Positions 37,301-49,523 of a stretch of 64,000 bases of DNA are shown here, piece after piece (the stretch's first letter is position 1; the number at the start of each line of letters is the position of its first letter). The DNA comes from Lama glama (taxonomy: Eukaryota). The DNA is taken from assembly GCA_028534125.1 (NCBI GenBank), contig CM052818.1:30754001-30818000 (forward strand), in the 5' to 3' direction. Below the pieces are notes generated by a model, which worked only from the letters and a program-made list of their open reading frames with translations, did not search any database and was not told where the DNA came from. The position numbers and the translations under genes are program-made.

Positions 37301-40300
37301 AAAGAGAGCCCCCAAGGCCTGTGTGTTACCTCTGCGCTCACCTGTTCAAGAAGGCATTGCCAAAGGCGTTCAGTTTCCTGAAAGGTTTCTTTGGATCCAC
37401 CACCAGGGCGTTCCCCGGAATGGTCCCCTCCACGTCTCCCTGCATCACCGCAATGAAGGAGTCAGTGGTCGGCTCGGGTCCAATCCTCATGCCAGGAAAA
37501 TCCTGTTCCAGCAGGTACCTGGCAGGAGGGAGCACAGTCACGATGCAGGGATTCTGTTCACAGATCAACACCGCACGTCTACCACAAGGCAGACATGGCT
37601 GTGAGTCACAGCAGAGGGGCAGGTCCAGAGCAGCGAGATTTCACGGCCGGGAGAGATCTTCAGGCAAGGGGAATCCAAAGACCTCTGTGCAGAAGGTGGG
37701 ATTTCAGCGGAACTTAAAATATCAAATCTGTCCTTCTTGACCCTTCTCTTTTTCCCTCCCTGAAGGAGTAGAGGGTAAAAAGAGCAAGGTTTGGACTCAG
37801 AAATGGCTGGAAACCGATTCCTACACAGAATATTGCAGACTTCCTAGCTGAAGGTCGTCTGTGTTAGATTCAGGTGTGCAAAAAGTGATTCAGTTCTACA
37901 CACGTATGTAAATACTAGGCCACTTTATATAAGGGACTTGAGCATTTGCAGGGGAGGTGAGATCCTGGAACCAGTCCCCTCGGATACGCAGGGACGACTG
38001 CACTGAGGAGACCAGGGCTTTGAAGGGTTACGTGGCTTTCTCAAAGTAAAACAGCTGGAACCCAAACTCTTATCAGACTATTACCAAATCCTTTGCTAAC
38101 TGTCCTCTATACTAAGGAAGTCACTGCCAGAAAGTTGATCAAGGCCTCACGGAAAGTCAGGGCCTCAGCACCTTCGCCCCCTAACACGCGAGATCGTTGT
38201 TCAGACTTATGAAGCACCTGTGACGTGCCAGGCACTGTTCTAGACTGTCCACGGGTGGTCCAAGGGCTAAGCTCTCTGTCCACCCTGTGCTCCCCACCCC
38301 AAGGTGAGCCGGCTCTGCCCAGCGGGGTGGCAGCCGGGGAGACCCGCTGGAGTTTCTTCTGGCTCCTCGACATCCCTTTGTGTTCTGAGCTGTTGGTTTA
38401 CTCCGTGGTTCCAGGGCAGTTCAAGTCCGGTTGCTATGGGCTCCCTCCCCGAGGAACCTAGGAACTGGCAGGGGAGATGCGGGGGCGGAGCTGCTGCCCG
38501 GGGGGGGGGGGGGCGCCCCGCCTGCAGCCAAGGTTTTAGGTTGCTCTGGGGAGCCCCTCATCTCCCTCCAGCCTCCCAGCCCAACAATCTGGGTGTGAGG
38601 ATAGGATCTCCTCCCATCAGAGGACCGTTCTGAAAGGTGCGTTGTGATGAGAACACATCACCACAGCTGCACACTTGGACGGCAATTGCTGCTTTCTGAC
38701 GCGTGACTTCTCCTTCAGGGTCCCAGGGGAGAGGCAGGGACCTTCAGGGCCTGGAGCCAGCAGACCTGGTTCCTCTAACCACGAGGGGTGTGCCTTTCGG
38801 AAGGTTCTCGACCTCTGCAAACCTCAGCACCTTCCTCCCTAACATGGGAGACCATCGTTCCGATTTATGAAGCACCCGAGACGTGCCAGGCACTGTTCTA
38901 GACTTTCCCCGGATGGTCTCGTTCCATGGTCACATCTCCTCTGACACGAGCACTGTGACTCTCATCACCAAACGGGCCTCAGGGGGAACCCACCTCACCG
39001 GGTGTTCTGAGGGTTAAATTAGTTACAGAGCACTGAAACCAGTACCTGGCCCTTAGGTGACCATCCCATTTTACAGAGGAGAAGATGAAGGTTAAACAAT
39101 TTGCTGCAGGTTACGCAATCAGTAAACAGCACAGTTAGGATTTGAACCTGGCACTTGGATTTGAGAATTCCAGCTCCTAACCAATATATTCACTGTATCC
39201 CTTCCTGCCGGAGGTCTCTCCTTGGCCAGGAAATGCACAAGGGCTGAGCACTCCTTGGGACTAGAAAGAGGAGTGAGACAAGGCGGACACAAAGGGATTT
39301 GGTTTGGCAGGAGGCTGGCCAGGGGCCACGCCCTTGAGGGGCTTCTGGGCCCACAAACCAGGAACTCCTCATCTCCATAAACATCTGCCTTGGGGCCCAC
39401 AGCTCAGCCTCAGTGAGTGAGGGGCGTGTAAAAGCTGTTGCTATCAGGTGACCAGAGCAGGCCCACTGGCTCTCAAAATATAGTCTTGGGATTTGAAGCA
39501 GTTTCATGAGAACCAGCGCCATGGGAAATCCCTTCCAGTCTTGCCTATTTGTGCAGGAAGCACCTGTCTCGGTAGGTGCTTGGGTGAGAAGCCCCAAGCA
39601 GGGCCCCGCAGGGGATGTGATGTGCAAATTCTGAGGCAGGAGGAGGGATGGCTGAAATAGACAAGGGTGGAAAGACAGTCTGAGGCAGCCTCAAAAATGC
39701 CCAGGCTGAAAAGGGCCAACCAGCAGTGAGGAAGAATCTCCCTGACACAGGCGTCTCAGATTGCACCCAGAGAGAGACGCAGTGCCCTGGCAGATGAACA
39801 AAGGGTGACAGGGTGACGCTTCCCAGCACAGAGGGGGTCACTTCCTGGGATGTTCTGGAGCCACAGCCTCAGGCAACCCAGCAGGGGCCTGGAGACTGGA
39901 CCTGCTGTCCTGCCCCTCTGCTAAACCCACCTGACCCTAGATTTGCTGACCACACATCGGTCTGGCAAAACCAAGTCCGGGGACACAGCCAGGCGAAGCA
40001 GAGAACCCAGGGCTGGGTAAATTCTCAGGGACATTTGGGGATGGCCTGCGGCCCTGAGGTCCCCCTTAACAAAGCTGCTACTATGTCCAGAAAGGAAAAC
40101 CTATTGAGGGATCTCATGGCTGCTTCTCTATGGGGAGTGATACAGATCGCCTCTGTTGCCAGGCGCAAACATTCCCACAGCAGTGTAAAAAAAGAAAAGT
40201 TAATTCAAGCCTGGGTGGGAGCAGCTGAGAGGGAGATGCGAAAGAATACGGGAGGAACAGGCAGGCAGGGCACCCACTGTGAGGCAGGTGCTGTTCTGAG

Positions 40301-43300
40301 ACCTTGCCCAGATCATCCCACTGAATCAGTTCTAGCAGCACATTATTTCAATTTTGCAGGTGAGCAAATTGAGATAGAGGTAGCCCGAGCTCAGGGCCAA
40401 ATAAAAATATTTAGTGGCCCAAAGAGCTGAAAAGATTTGGGTGCCGCCCCACCCCACCCCACCTTGCCTCAAATCTGAAACAGATAAATACTAAACCATA
40501 AATAAAATGGGTGTAAGGAAGCCCAGTGCAATTCTGATTTTTCCCATGACTACTCCTCTTCATATTTTTCTTAAGCAAATTATTTCCTAACATTTCCCTC
40601 ATTTTCTGGTGTCCTGCTTGGCTGGCAGTCTAAGCATGTGGCTTGTTTTACTGGTGACCTAAGCACCCTGGGTAAGGCATGGGGCCAAGAATCTTTACCC
40701 AGTCTGCCCCCAGTGGACCTGTCTCTGCAGCAGTGTGGCCAAACCTCCCCGCTGCTGGGGACAGTGCCCAGGCGAGGAACACAGGGGCTGGGGCCACAAA
40801 CTATGCCTGTGGAGGACTCGGACTGGCTGGACCCTCTGTCCCTGCTCGATTAAGGAATGTGTCTCGATTGCAGATGTGGCCTTGGGCAAGGGCTTCAAGA
40901 ACCCATTGCCTCGGTTTTCCCAGTTCATAAAATGGGATAATACTGCATTTCTAACTAGCTCAGAGAAACAGAGTGAAGGTTTTAAGATGATATACATGAG
41001 GTTTGGGAAAAGCAATGGTTATACCAGACACCTGCCCGGACTGGCAGAGACAGTCGTTGAGAACACGAATACCTCCTCACTGCCTGTGGGCACTCAGAGC
41101 ATTTCTACCTGGCCTCCAAACCCAGCGCTGGTGCCTCTTCTGTGAAGCCTTAACTGATTCATTCCCACCTCACTCCAAACCTAATTACTCACTTTCTTCC
41201 TCCTAAATCACATAGCTCTTAATTTGCATATTTTAGGTAGATGCTAAAGGCACGCATCACTTTCTCTTTTGTATTATAGGTATTCGTGTCATGTATCTGT
41301 GTCCTTGGTCTAAGTCTCATGTACTTAAGCTTTAAAATGGGGTCAAGACAATAATACTTGCCCTTTTGGCCTCACGGGGCTTTAGGGAGACTGTAGAGCA
41401 CCCCACGGACACAAACTGAAGTAGGAAACAGGGACTCGATGGCTGAGTTGAGGTCTGAGCTGCTCCATGCTCCCCTAGCAGCCACCACCGTCCCTGGTGC
41501 ACAGCAGCCCCCACCATGGGACAAAGTGGTCCCAGCACAAAGGAGAGGGGAGGCCAGATTGTCTTGACTGACCTCACCTCACTGCCCAAGGTTATGCCTC
41601 CAGCCTGGGAGGGGGCAGCAAGATACCCGTTCCCAGGACACCCCTCGCCCGGGGCCCACCGCACTGTGGGCGGGACCAGATGGGGGTGTCCGGTCCCTTC
41701 CCCTTCCTGAGGGCCAGCCTCTCAGCCTCTCTGGTTAGAGAATCCGCTGGGAAGAGGAGAGGGAATGATAAAGCCGCAAGCGCAGCACCTGGAACATACC
41801 TGGCCCTACCCTGGTTCTCCCTCCCCCCTAGTCCTGACGGGGACCCTATAGGTGGCAGTTACTATTCGCATGTCAGATAAGGACACTGAGGTTCTGAGAG
41901 GTCAGAACTTCCTGGCCAGGCCACGGGACGGGCGCCTGGCGGAGCCTGGGTTCTGCTGAGCCGGCCGGTGTTCTTCCCGTGGCCTGGTTCCCCTGTTCTC
42001 CAGAGGCCCTTCTCCTCCGTCACGCGTCTCCTGATGCCCTCCCTCTGCACACCCAAGTCTCAAGGCAGATCTTAAGCTGACCTCAGGCAGGTGGACCCCG
42101 CGCCCCTGGCCTCGGGCCCGCTGCTCCTGGAACAACACTCAGGCCTTGCGGGTGGGTTTTCACCCAGCCCCACGTAGGGACCAGCAGATCAGAGCCCTGG
42201 AGGGAGAAGAATGTCCACAGACCTCGGAGGGAGGACAGAAATGAGGAGCCCCAGGGGCTGTGGCTGGCAGGATGGGCCTGGCAGGAGTCAGAGGGTCTAC
42301 CTGGAATGGAAGTCCGGCCCCTTCTCTAGCCCTTCTGCTTCCTGGAGAATCATCTTGCCTCGGGAGGTGTTGCGGCCCAGGCAGTGGGCGTGCCAGGGAG
42401 GTGATGAGGGAGGGAAATGCAGGGTCACCTTTGCAGGGGGATGCAAAGAGCCCCCTGAAGAAGTGGGGGAGGTGGGAGGGCCAGCTGAGCAGCCCCCGAC
42501 CCCACCCCGCCATGTGCTCATGCATACTTTAGAGTCTGAGTCACGCTCTAGAAGGGCCAGATGCCCCTCAAGACCCGCTCAAATCTCCCTGTGGAGACCC
42601 AGGCCTCGCACCCAATGTCCCTGGCCCTCTGCTCCAGCGCCGCCGTGGTCCAGCCAGGCCTCGCTTGAAGTCCCTGAGACATAGCCTTCCTAGGCCCTGC
42701 GACAGCCAGCTAGTCACCTCCGTGACCAGGGGCAAAGGGTGCCAGAGAGGAGGGACTGGAGGCTGCACGCCAGAGGGAGGAAGAGTGAAGAGAGAAAAAC
42801 AGCAGAGGCAGGAGGGAAGGCAGCCAGGGCCAGAGGGACACAGAGCTACTGTCCTCCGAAGAGGCAGCCTGTGTTGAAGGAAGCAGCCACCAGGCCAATT
42901 GATTGTTTAGTTTATTACCCCGGGTCGCCGGGCCTTAGGCCAGGGAAGTTATTTCAGGCAGAGATCAAAGCACGTTAATTAGCGATTAGAAGAATGTCCT
43001 TTTCTGTATGTTCTTCCTGAGACAAGAAATAGACCCAGAGGCAAGTACATATAACTGAGAGAAGAGGCAAAAGGCCAAGGGCCAGGGGATGAAGAGACAA
43101 GTCTTTGTTTCTGAGGGAAAGGTCCCTCGCAGGTTCAGGCCAGAACACAGACCTCAGTGAATCACTACGCTCAAGGCAAAGAAGCAGGGATGGAAGAGGC
43201 CAGCTGATAACCGATGTGGAGCCCTCTTTGCTTTGGGGAGGGGCTCCTGTACCAACTTCCCCTCTTGGAAAGCAACTCAGAAATATGACTCTAAACACCA

Positions 43301-46300
43301 AGATTAAAAAGTAAAAAAAAAATTTTAAAAGCCTCAAAGCTCTGTACAACCTTCAGCCTAGTGATTTCACTGTGGGACTCTGAGAAAACAGCATAATATG
43401 TGGGAAAATATTGTGCAAAGAGATATAAAGATATTCAATAGCAAAAAATAAAAAAGAGAGAGAAACAACCTAAAACATTCAAAAGAAGTAGGCTGCTTAA
43501 ATGAATAATTGCAAAGGCATACAGTGAAGTATCTTATAGCTCTTAAAAATAATGCTTACAAAGAGTCTTTGACCCAGGAAATGCTCATGCTATAAGTGAA
43601 ATGAATAAATCAGTATACAAAATTACATTATGGCATGATCTCAACTGTGTTATAAAATACCTAAAAATACTGAAACTATATATATATATATATAATATTT
43701 AAAATAGTTTCCCCTGAGTCATGGGATGACCAGGGATTTTTTTCCTTCCTCTGCAAATTTATTCTTGTCTGCATTTTCCGATTAAAAAAAAAAACTGTTC
43801 AGTGGATTTAATGAGAAGAAAGGAAAACATGTAATTTGGTTTTGGAGGACTTCCCTGTGCTCCAAACCCTCCTCCCCTGTTGGTAGCCTCTTCCTCAAAG
43901 GGAGACAGCTTTTGATACACAAGCTAAATTCAGTTACTGACATGAGCGAGGAGGGAGAACTCCTGCACTGGGAGGATAAGAAAGAGGAGAGATCTGCCTC
44001 TCCCGGCCTCCTGTCTCCCTCAGATAAGGAATAATCTGTGGCAACCCTGCTCTGCCACTTTCTTAGACCCGGTTAACAGCCGGCATGACTCAGGCAAAGA
44101 CAGGACTGTCTCAGACAAGAGGCACTTAAACACATCTGCTGCTTCAGGATCCTACCCCCAGGGACACTCACCTTCCCCATCTCCCCTCCTGTTTTGCAAA
44201 TGAGGCCTCTGAGACCCTGGATGAGGTCCCTGAGAGCTAAAGACACAGCTGTAAGTGCTGGTGCTAGGAGAGGAGACGCTCTAACATACTAAGAGTTATA
44301 ACCAGTGTGTCCGGAGGGCTGGGGAAGGCCGTGCAAGGGCAGTAACCATCTGTAAATGGCCTGTGTTCCCTGCAGGGCATCAGCCACGCCAGGTGGAGGT
44401 CACTGATTACAAAGGAAACTGGCCCAGAACCCAGGTAACTCTGAAGTGCCCTTGGCACTTTGGGTGTTTATCAAAATAGGGAGATGGATTAGATCAAAGG
44501 TTCTTACCCTAAAGTCCAAGGCAGCCCTTGGACCCTCAAGATTATATGGAAATTTGGGATGTACGTGCATTTTTCTAAAGATGGGTCCACAGATTTCATC
44601 AGATTTTCAAAGTAGGTACATACCTTTTGAAACGCTAAGAAGGAATGGACTAGATTCATCGCTAAAGGTCCTTGTAGTTCTAACCATCTAAGGTATCCAA
44701 AAGCCAGCATCCCCCCAGGAACCCAACTTCTTCAGCAATCACTCAGCCTCACAAAGCTGCTGAGTGCCAGGCTGTCTAGTCCACAAGGGCAAACTCTCCA
44801 GGTGTTTTGTTCAGACATGACATGGTACTGTGGTGCATGCCCTGCTTGTGTTAAAAGCTGAGTGCTGGAGAAAATTAGTATCTAGAAAATCAGGAACCAG
44901 ACGGTAAACTTTTCTGTTCTCCTCGCCAAACAAAGCACAATGCTTTGCATGCTGCAGGTGCTTGGTCAATGAATGGAAACATGAGCACCCCTGCTTTGAA
45001 ACCTTCTGCAGGAGATGAGCACCACTGACTTGGAGGGTGATCACTGAACCCATCACCGCTCTCTACGAGCCTGACTCTCAACACAGAGTGCCACAAGCAC
45101 CCTCAACGGCTTCCAATGGCTGTGAATGAGGCCAGGGAAGATGGCTGGTTGTGTGGATTAAGGACTGGAATGAAGCCTGTCCTCTAAAGATACGAAAGAT
45201 GCTCATGACTCTGGTGGCCAATATGCAGACCTCTCTGAATGCAGGGTGGACAAACTGACTTCTTGGGGATCCCTTCAGCCCAAGGATTCTGTAATTCAAG
45301 GGTATGGATGACTAACCCTCAAAGTTATAGGCATTTAGCCTACCATCTCCTCCCATGAGCCTAGGTCCTGCATCCCAGGTCGGCCTCCCACTCTGTTACA
45401 TGGCTTTGGGCGATTCATCTAACTTCTCTGATTCAATTACCCTAACAAGTCAAGGGGCTGGATGAGACTATTGCCAATATCCCTCCCACCTCTAAAAGGC
45501 TTTAATCTGATTACTGAGCCATTAAGATCAAGGGAAAAGAAAAAAGCATTTGCTTCTGAACACTGCTTCTCTCCAGTCTCTGAGAGCTGTATGGAGGAGC
45601 TCTGCTCAGAGAAGGAAACTGATAAAAGAAAGACAAGTGGCACTACCAGACAGGGGGCCACAGCTTCGGGCCCACATCCTCAGCTGCAACTGGAAAGTCC
45701 CTATATGAGGCTTTAAGGCTGAAGACTTAAAAGGCAAGGGAAGTGGTTCTGACTATCAAGGGCATGTCCCTACAACCTGAGGGTATAAACACATCTACCA
45801 GCATAAGGTACTCTTGCAACCAGGAGCTTTCTCACTTGTGCCTCCTGGGTCTCAGTTTCACCATCCAACAGATGGGAAGAATAGGGATGGCGCTGAACTT
45901 GAACACTTCAAGGTGACCACCTAAGCCAAGGGCTAAGTGCAGTGGAAAGGCACCAGGTAGGGCGGGGTGAAATTGTGAAATGAAATGAAATTGTGGGGTA
46001 AGCTTTGGACATTGCCACACAGAGATTTCTTCAGAGCCTTCAAGGGAAGACTTCCGGTTTGTCCTCAGGCAGGAGGGGACACCGGGAGTGACAGAGGGCC
46101 CAAGCGCTGGGGGGCAGGATGTGCTGCCAGGGTCCCGGGAGTCTCACCTGATGAAGGTGGTCTTCCCAGTGGAGTACTGGCCCACCAGCAGGACCATGGG
46201 CTTGTTGTCGAAGTCGGCATCCTCCAGCGCGGGCGAGTGGAACTCGTGGAAGCGGTAGTGCTCTTCCAGGGGTAGCAGCTTGCTCCTGTAGAGTTTCTTG

Positions 46301-46374
46301 AGCCCCTCGCTCACTGTCTGGAAGACCTCGGGGTCCTTCCTCCGGCGGTCGTCGGAACCCAGCCAGCTGAACAT
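20844..46374 (-). CDS. EHD3: EH domain-containing protein 3, complete spliced CDS (6 exons, 1608 nt, 535 aa)
   Basis: Exons splice in frame (phases 2,2,1,0,0) to [18 protein letters not shown]...PPSKRKAAE. Motifs: P-loop [26 protein letters not shown]-terminal EH domain with W485 and EF-hand DVDKDGMLD. The N- and C-termini and 535-aa length match EHD3 rather than EHD1/2/4. Introns are 8629, 3868, 8065, 668 and 2693 bp. Confidence 0.97.
21670..21823 (+). mobile_element. TcMar-Tigger MITE (MER2/Tigger2-like, internally deleted)
   Basis: TA followed by CAGTC...; aagggacttgagcatc...gggtcctggaaccagtcccctgcggacaccgaggga...gact terminus. Confidence 0.7.
24065..24229 (-). CDS. EHD3: EHD3 coding exon 5 (165 nt)
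   Basis: Acceptor ctgttatgcag|GTC; encodes [19 protein letters not shown]...LKRMQ; donor CAG|GTAAGC. Confidence 0.97.
24898..25310 (-). CDS. EHD3: EHD3 coding exon 4 (413 nt)
   Basis: Acceptor ctctgccggcag|GG; encodes [15 protein letters not shown]...NKAD...KRARLAK; donor AAG|GTGATG. Confidence 0.96.
25395..25600 (+). mobile_element. MIR SINE
   Basis: ggagtcagatctgggttcaaatc...tctctgagtctgtttttccatctataa...cagtaaatgctagttattatta. Confidence 0.7.
26714..26778. repeat. 27-bp tandem repeat, about 2.4 copies
   Basis: gggccagtgggggtctaggactggacc / gggccagtggggttcaaggactggacc / aggccgtgggg. Confidence 0.85.
32666..32768. repeat. (GA)n/(GGAA)n polypurine microsatellite within a MIR relic
   Basis: Direct reading; about 100 bp almost entirely purine. 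Confidence 0.9.
33376..33473 (-). CDS. EHD3: EHD3 coding exon 3 (98 nt)
   Basis: Acceptor ctcccatgcag|G; encodes [32 protein letters not shown]; donor GAG|GTAAGT. Confidence 0.97.
34328..34382. repeat. (TG)n microsatellite
   Basis: Direct reading; interrupted TG array. Confidence 0.9.
34439..34874 (+). mobile_element. MaLR solo LTR (MLT1C-like)
   Basis: TGTTAG...agaatgtgaccttatttggaaatagggtc...gatgaggtcatact...ggcctccagaactctgag...taagccactcagtttgtggtaatttgtt...ggcagccctggggaactaataga; flanked by agccg / agcag (possible 5-bp TSD). Confidence 0.85.
37342..37518 (-). CDS. EHD3: EHD3 coding exon 2 (177 nt)
   Basis: Acceptor ccctcctgccag|G; encodes [19 protein letters not shown]...[16 protein letters not shown]; donor CAG|GTGAGC. 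Confidence 0.97.
37880..38003 (+). mobile_element. MER2/Tigger 3' fragment
   Basis: tatgtaaatacta...tttatataagggacttgagcat...cctggaaccagtcccctcggatacgcagggacgactg. Confidence 0.7.
43340..43790 (+). mobile_element. Ancient L1 (L1ME-like) 3' relic
   Basis: AT-rich degenerate L1 3' motifs (gaaacaacctaaa, aatgctcatgctataagtgaa, tatggcatgatctcaact). Confidence 0.5.
46148..46374 (-). CDS. EHD3: EHD3 coding exon 1 (227 nt; start codon, P-loop)
   Basis: ATG at 46374-46372 in context aacgcgATGt; encodes MFSWLG...[11 protein letters not shown]; donor CAG|GTGAGA at 46148/46147. Confidence 0.97.
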
Positions 46375-47060
46375 CGCGTTCGCCACTCGCTGCCCCCTCG
46401 CGCAGTCCCAGCAGGAGGGCACGGAGCCCCGCGTCGAGGGAGGTGTCCTGCAGGGCGGGCCCTCCTGGCTCCGAGCCGCGCCGCCGCCTCACCGGAGCGC
46501 GGGGCTCAGCCTCACCATGGCAGGGGCGCGCGGCTTGGGGGTCCCTGCGGCGACGGCGCGGGGCCGGGAACGCGCTCCTCCCCTACTCCTGGGACCAAGT
46601 CCAGCCCCAGATTCATCCAGCAACCAAGGCCGGAGGGAGGGAAAATATCTGGACTGGGCAGGGGGACTGCGATCTTGGAAATAAAGTCAAACCTGCAATT
46701 AAATGCCAGGTGCGGGGGTCCCCGGTCTTCCCCAGCCCTCTCTCGCTTTGGCTCGGATGTAATTAAGGGATGCTTCTGGCTCTGCTCCTGCCCGCCAGTC
46801 CAGAGGCTCAGTAGAGGCGGCGGCGCTGCCCAGCCCGCTTACAGCTCAGCATCCGCAGCCGCAGCCTGCAACCCCAGGCGCCGATTTAAATGCCAGCCTT
46901 GCAGGAAGCGGGCTCGCGGAGGAAGTTCCCGAGTACTGGCAGGGCTGGCCAGGCTCGGCGGCCCCGGCGAGGAGAAGCTGAGCAGGGCGGCGCCATGTTT
47001 GTGGGCAGTCGCCCCACTGGGGACCCGCGACAGCTCGCTGCCTGGGAAGGGAGAGAGGCT
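46200..47060. promoter_or_regulatory. EHD3: CpG island / EHD3 promoter and 5' leader
   Basis: High GC with dense CpG (cgcg, ccgccgcc, ggcggcggcg) against a CpG-depleted background; spans exon 1; TATA-like ATTTAAAT at 46884-46891. Confidence 0.85.
46489..46518 (-). other. Upstream ORF MVRLSPALR* in the inferred EHD3 5' leader
   Basis: cctgccATGg (G at -3 and +4), 9 codons then TGA at 46491-46489; the ATG is 144 nt upstream of, and in frame with, the main ATG. Confidence 0.6.
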
Positions 47061-47354
47061 GAGTCCTGTGGGAATGCTCTGGTATTTCAGTCCCGGCCTC
47101 TGGAGGTTTGATTTGGGAACAGCGCCCTCTCAGGGACAGCTACGAAGACAGAGTTGACCTGCTTTACGCTCTCCTCGCTCTTAAATGTAGACTGTCCCTT
47201 AGTTACTGAGTTCAGTCCCTTAGGAAGACACTCTATTATTTGGGAATGTATTCCTGGGAGCATGGAAAGAACGGTCCAATATCAGCTTACCCCAAATGAC
47301 CAAAACTGTCACTACCCAAACCTTTTGCCTGTTTCCGAGTGAAGTCAAAACCAT

Positions 47355-47870
47355 TCCCATTCATTCATTCATTCATTTGTTCATTCCTTCCAACAAAACC
47401 AAACAAAACAAGCAAAACCTCCACAGGTATTGAGCCTGTATTATGGCCCAGCCTCAGTTTTGGTGGCTGCGGTTACAAATTTGATCACAAAGATGAGCAC
47501 CTACAGTCTCTCCCTTCCAAGAGCTCCAGCCCAGGCAGGCTTCAAAGAGATGGGAGCCAAGGGATACGGCTGCACAGGGGAGGAGGCATTCTTTTTGTCT
47601 GGCTAATTTGAGGAAGGCTCGCAGAAAGCAGGATTGTGAGCTGGATCTTAAATGATGAACCTACAGAGAAGGAGGAGAGGACATTCCTGGAGGCATAAAG
47701 AGCACTTGCAAAGGCATGGGAACATGGAAGAACTTGGTGTGATGAAGGCAGAGTAAACAGGTTGCTAACTAGAGTATGGGGTTCAGGAGGGTGGAAGGGA
47801 GTGACTGGGGCCAGGTGTAAAAGGCTTTGCTTGCCAAAACAGGAACCATGTAGGGGATAAGGAGCCAATA
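47355..47870 (-). mobile_element. L2 relic
   Basis: (TTCA)n tail followed by purine-rich L2 motifs (ggaaggct...tgagctggatcttaaatgatga, caaaggcatgg). Confidence 0.55.
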
Positions 47871-48029
47871 ATAATATTATTACTAATCATTGTTAACATT
47901 AAGTGCTGATCACTTACAGGGGCCTGGGCTAAGTTCTGGGTGAGTGTTATTTGAATTCACATTCACAGCAGCACTATAAGGCAGATCATATCTCCAGTGT
48001 CATCCTAAAGATAACAGGGATGAGAACAG

Positions 48030-48160
48030 CTGGCCAGGTATAGGCAAAAAGGGGTGCATTGTCTATAGAGAATTTAAACACAATAGTAAGACTAAAGTCA
48101 ATCTGCCTTATATTAGCACCATTCTAAACAGCGACAGTGATAAAATACTCCTCCCCGCCA
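48030..48160. mobile_element. hAT DNA transposon relic (MER69-like)
   Basis: aggggtgcattgtctatagagaatttaaa...gactaaagtc...ttctaaacagcgacagtgataaaatactcctccc. Confidence 0.5.
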
Positions 48161-48709
48161 AGGCAGATGGCTCCCATACACTCCCCTCCACCGAGGAGGA
48201 AACAGACTAATGGGCCAGGTGGGACTGCTAATGCTGGCAGCAGTGCTGGGGAGGGACTGAGGCGCTCAAGAGGCTGGAGGCCAAGAGACCAGTTGGGAAA
48301 CTATTTAAAAATGTAGGAGTCAGGCTACTCGGAATGGAGGAAAGGTCATATTAAAGAGGGTTTTTTTAATGGCATAGGATTGACAGATCTTGGTAAGCAA
48401 TAATAAGAGGAAATAGGGTAGGATGGAGTCTCGGATAATTCTGAATTTTCTACTGTAGAGGACAAGATGGCTGGAGACACTGTCCCACCAAATAGGGGAG
48501 TCAGAAAGAGAACAGAGCTAGCATTTAAAGTTTGGAACATGCGGTTGAGGTCCCAGCGGGAACTCCAAAGGGAGGAGCATGGTGAGCTGCAGAGATTCTG
48601 GTGGGGGTTGTCAGAGGAGGCGGCTGGCTACACTCTCCTTGGTTACAGCTCGGATCTCCTGACTCCCTCCTCCTCTTTTTTTCTTTTTTTCTTGAAACCT
48701 TTATTTACT

Positions 48710-49523
48710 CTTTTTTTTAAATTGAAGTATAGTTGGTTTACAATGTATTAATTTCTGATGCACAGCATAGTGATTCAGTTATACATATATATAATATATA
48801 TTCCTTTTCATATTATTTTTTATTATAGGTTATTACAAGCTACTGAATATAGTTCCCTGTGCTACACAGTAGGAACTTGTTGTTTATATATTTTATATAT
48901 AGTAGTTAGTATCTATAAGTCCCAAACTCCCAATTTGCCCCCTGGTAACCATAAGCTTGTTTTCTATGTCTCTGAGTCTGTTTCTGTCTTGTAAATAAGT
49001 TCATTTGTATCCTTTTTTTAGATTCCACAAAAAAAGTGATATCATATGGTATTTTTTATTTCTCTTTCTGGCTTGCTTCACTTAGTATGACAATCTCCAG
49101 GTCCATCCATGTTGCTGCAAATGGCATTATTTTATTCTATTTTATGGCTGAGTAGTATCCTATTGTATATATTTACTACAACTTCTTTATCCAATCATGG
49201 ACATTTAAGTTGCTTCCATGTCTTGGCTATTGTAAACAGTGTGGCTGTGAACTTTGGGGTACAGGTACCTTTTTGAATTAGAGTTCCCTCCAGGTATATG
49301 CCCAGTAGTGAGATGGCAGGATCATATGGTAAGTCTATTTTTAGTTTTTTAAGGAATCTCCATACATTTTCCATAATGGCTGCACCCAACTACATTCCCA
49401 CCAACAGTGTAGGAGGGTTCCATTTTCTCCACATCCTCTCCAGCATTAATCGTTTGTGGACTTTTTAACGATGGCTATTCTGACTGGTGTGAGCTGATAA
49501 CACGTTGTAGTTTTGATTTGCAT
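48710..49523 (-). mobile_element. 5'-truncated L1 (same broad family as 11590-12596)
   Basis: T-tract then attgaagtatagttg...; ORF2 remnant [23 protein letters not shown]...TIAKTWKQLKCP. Confidence 0.92.
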
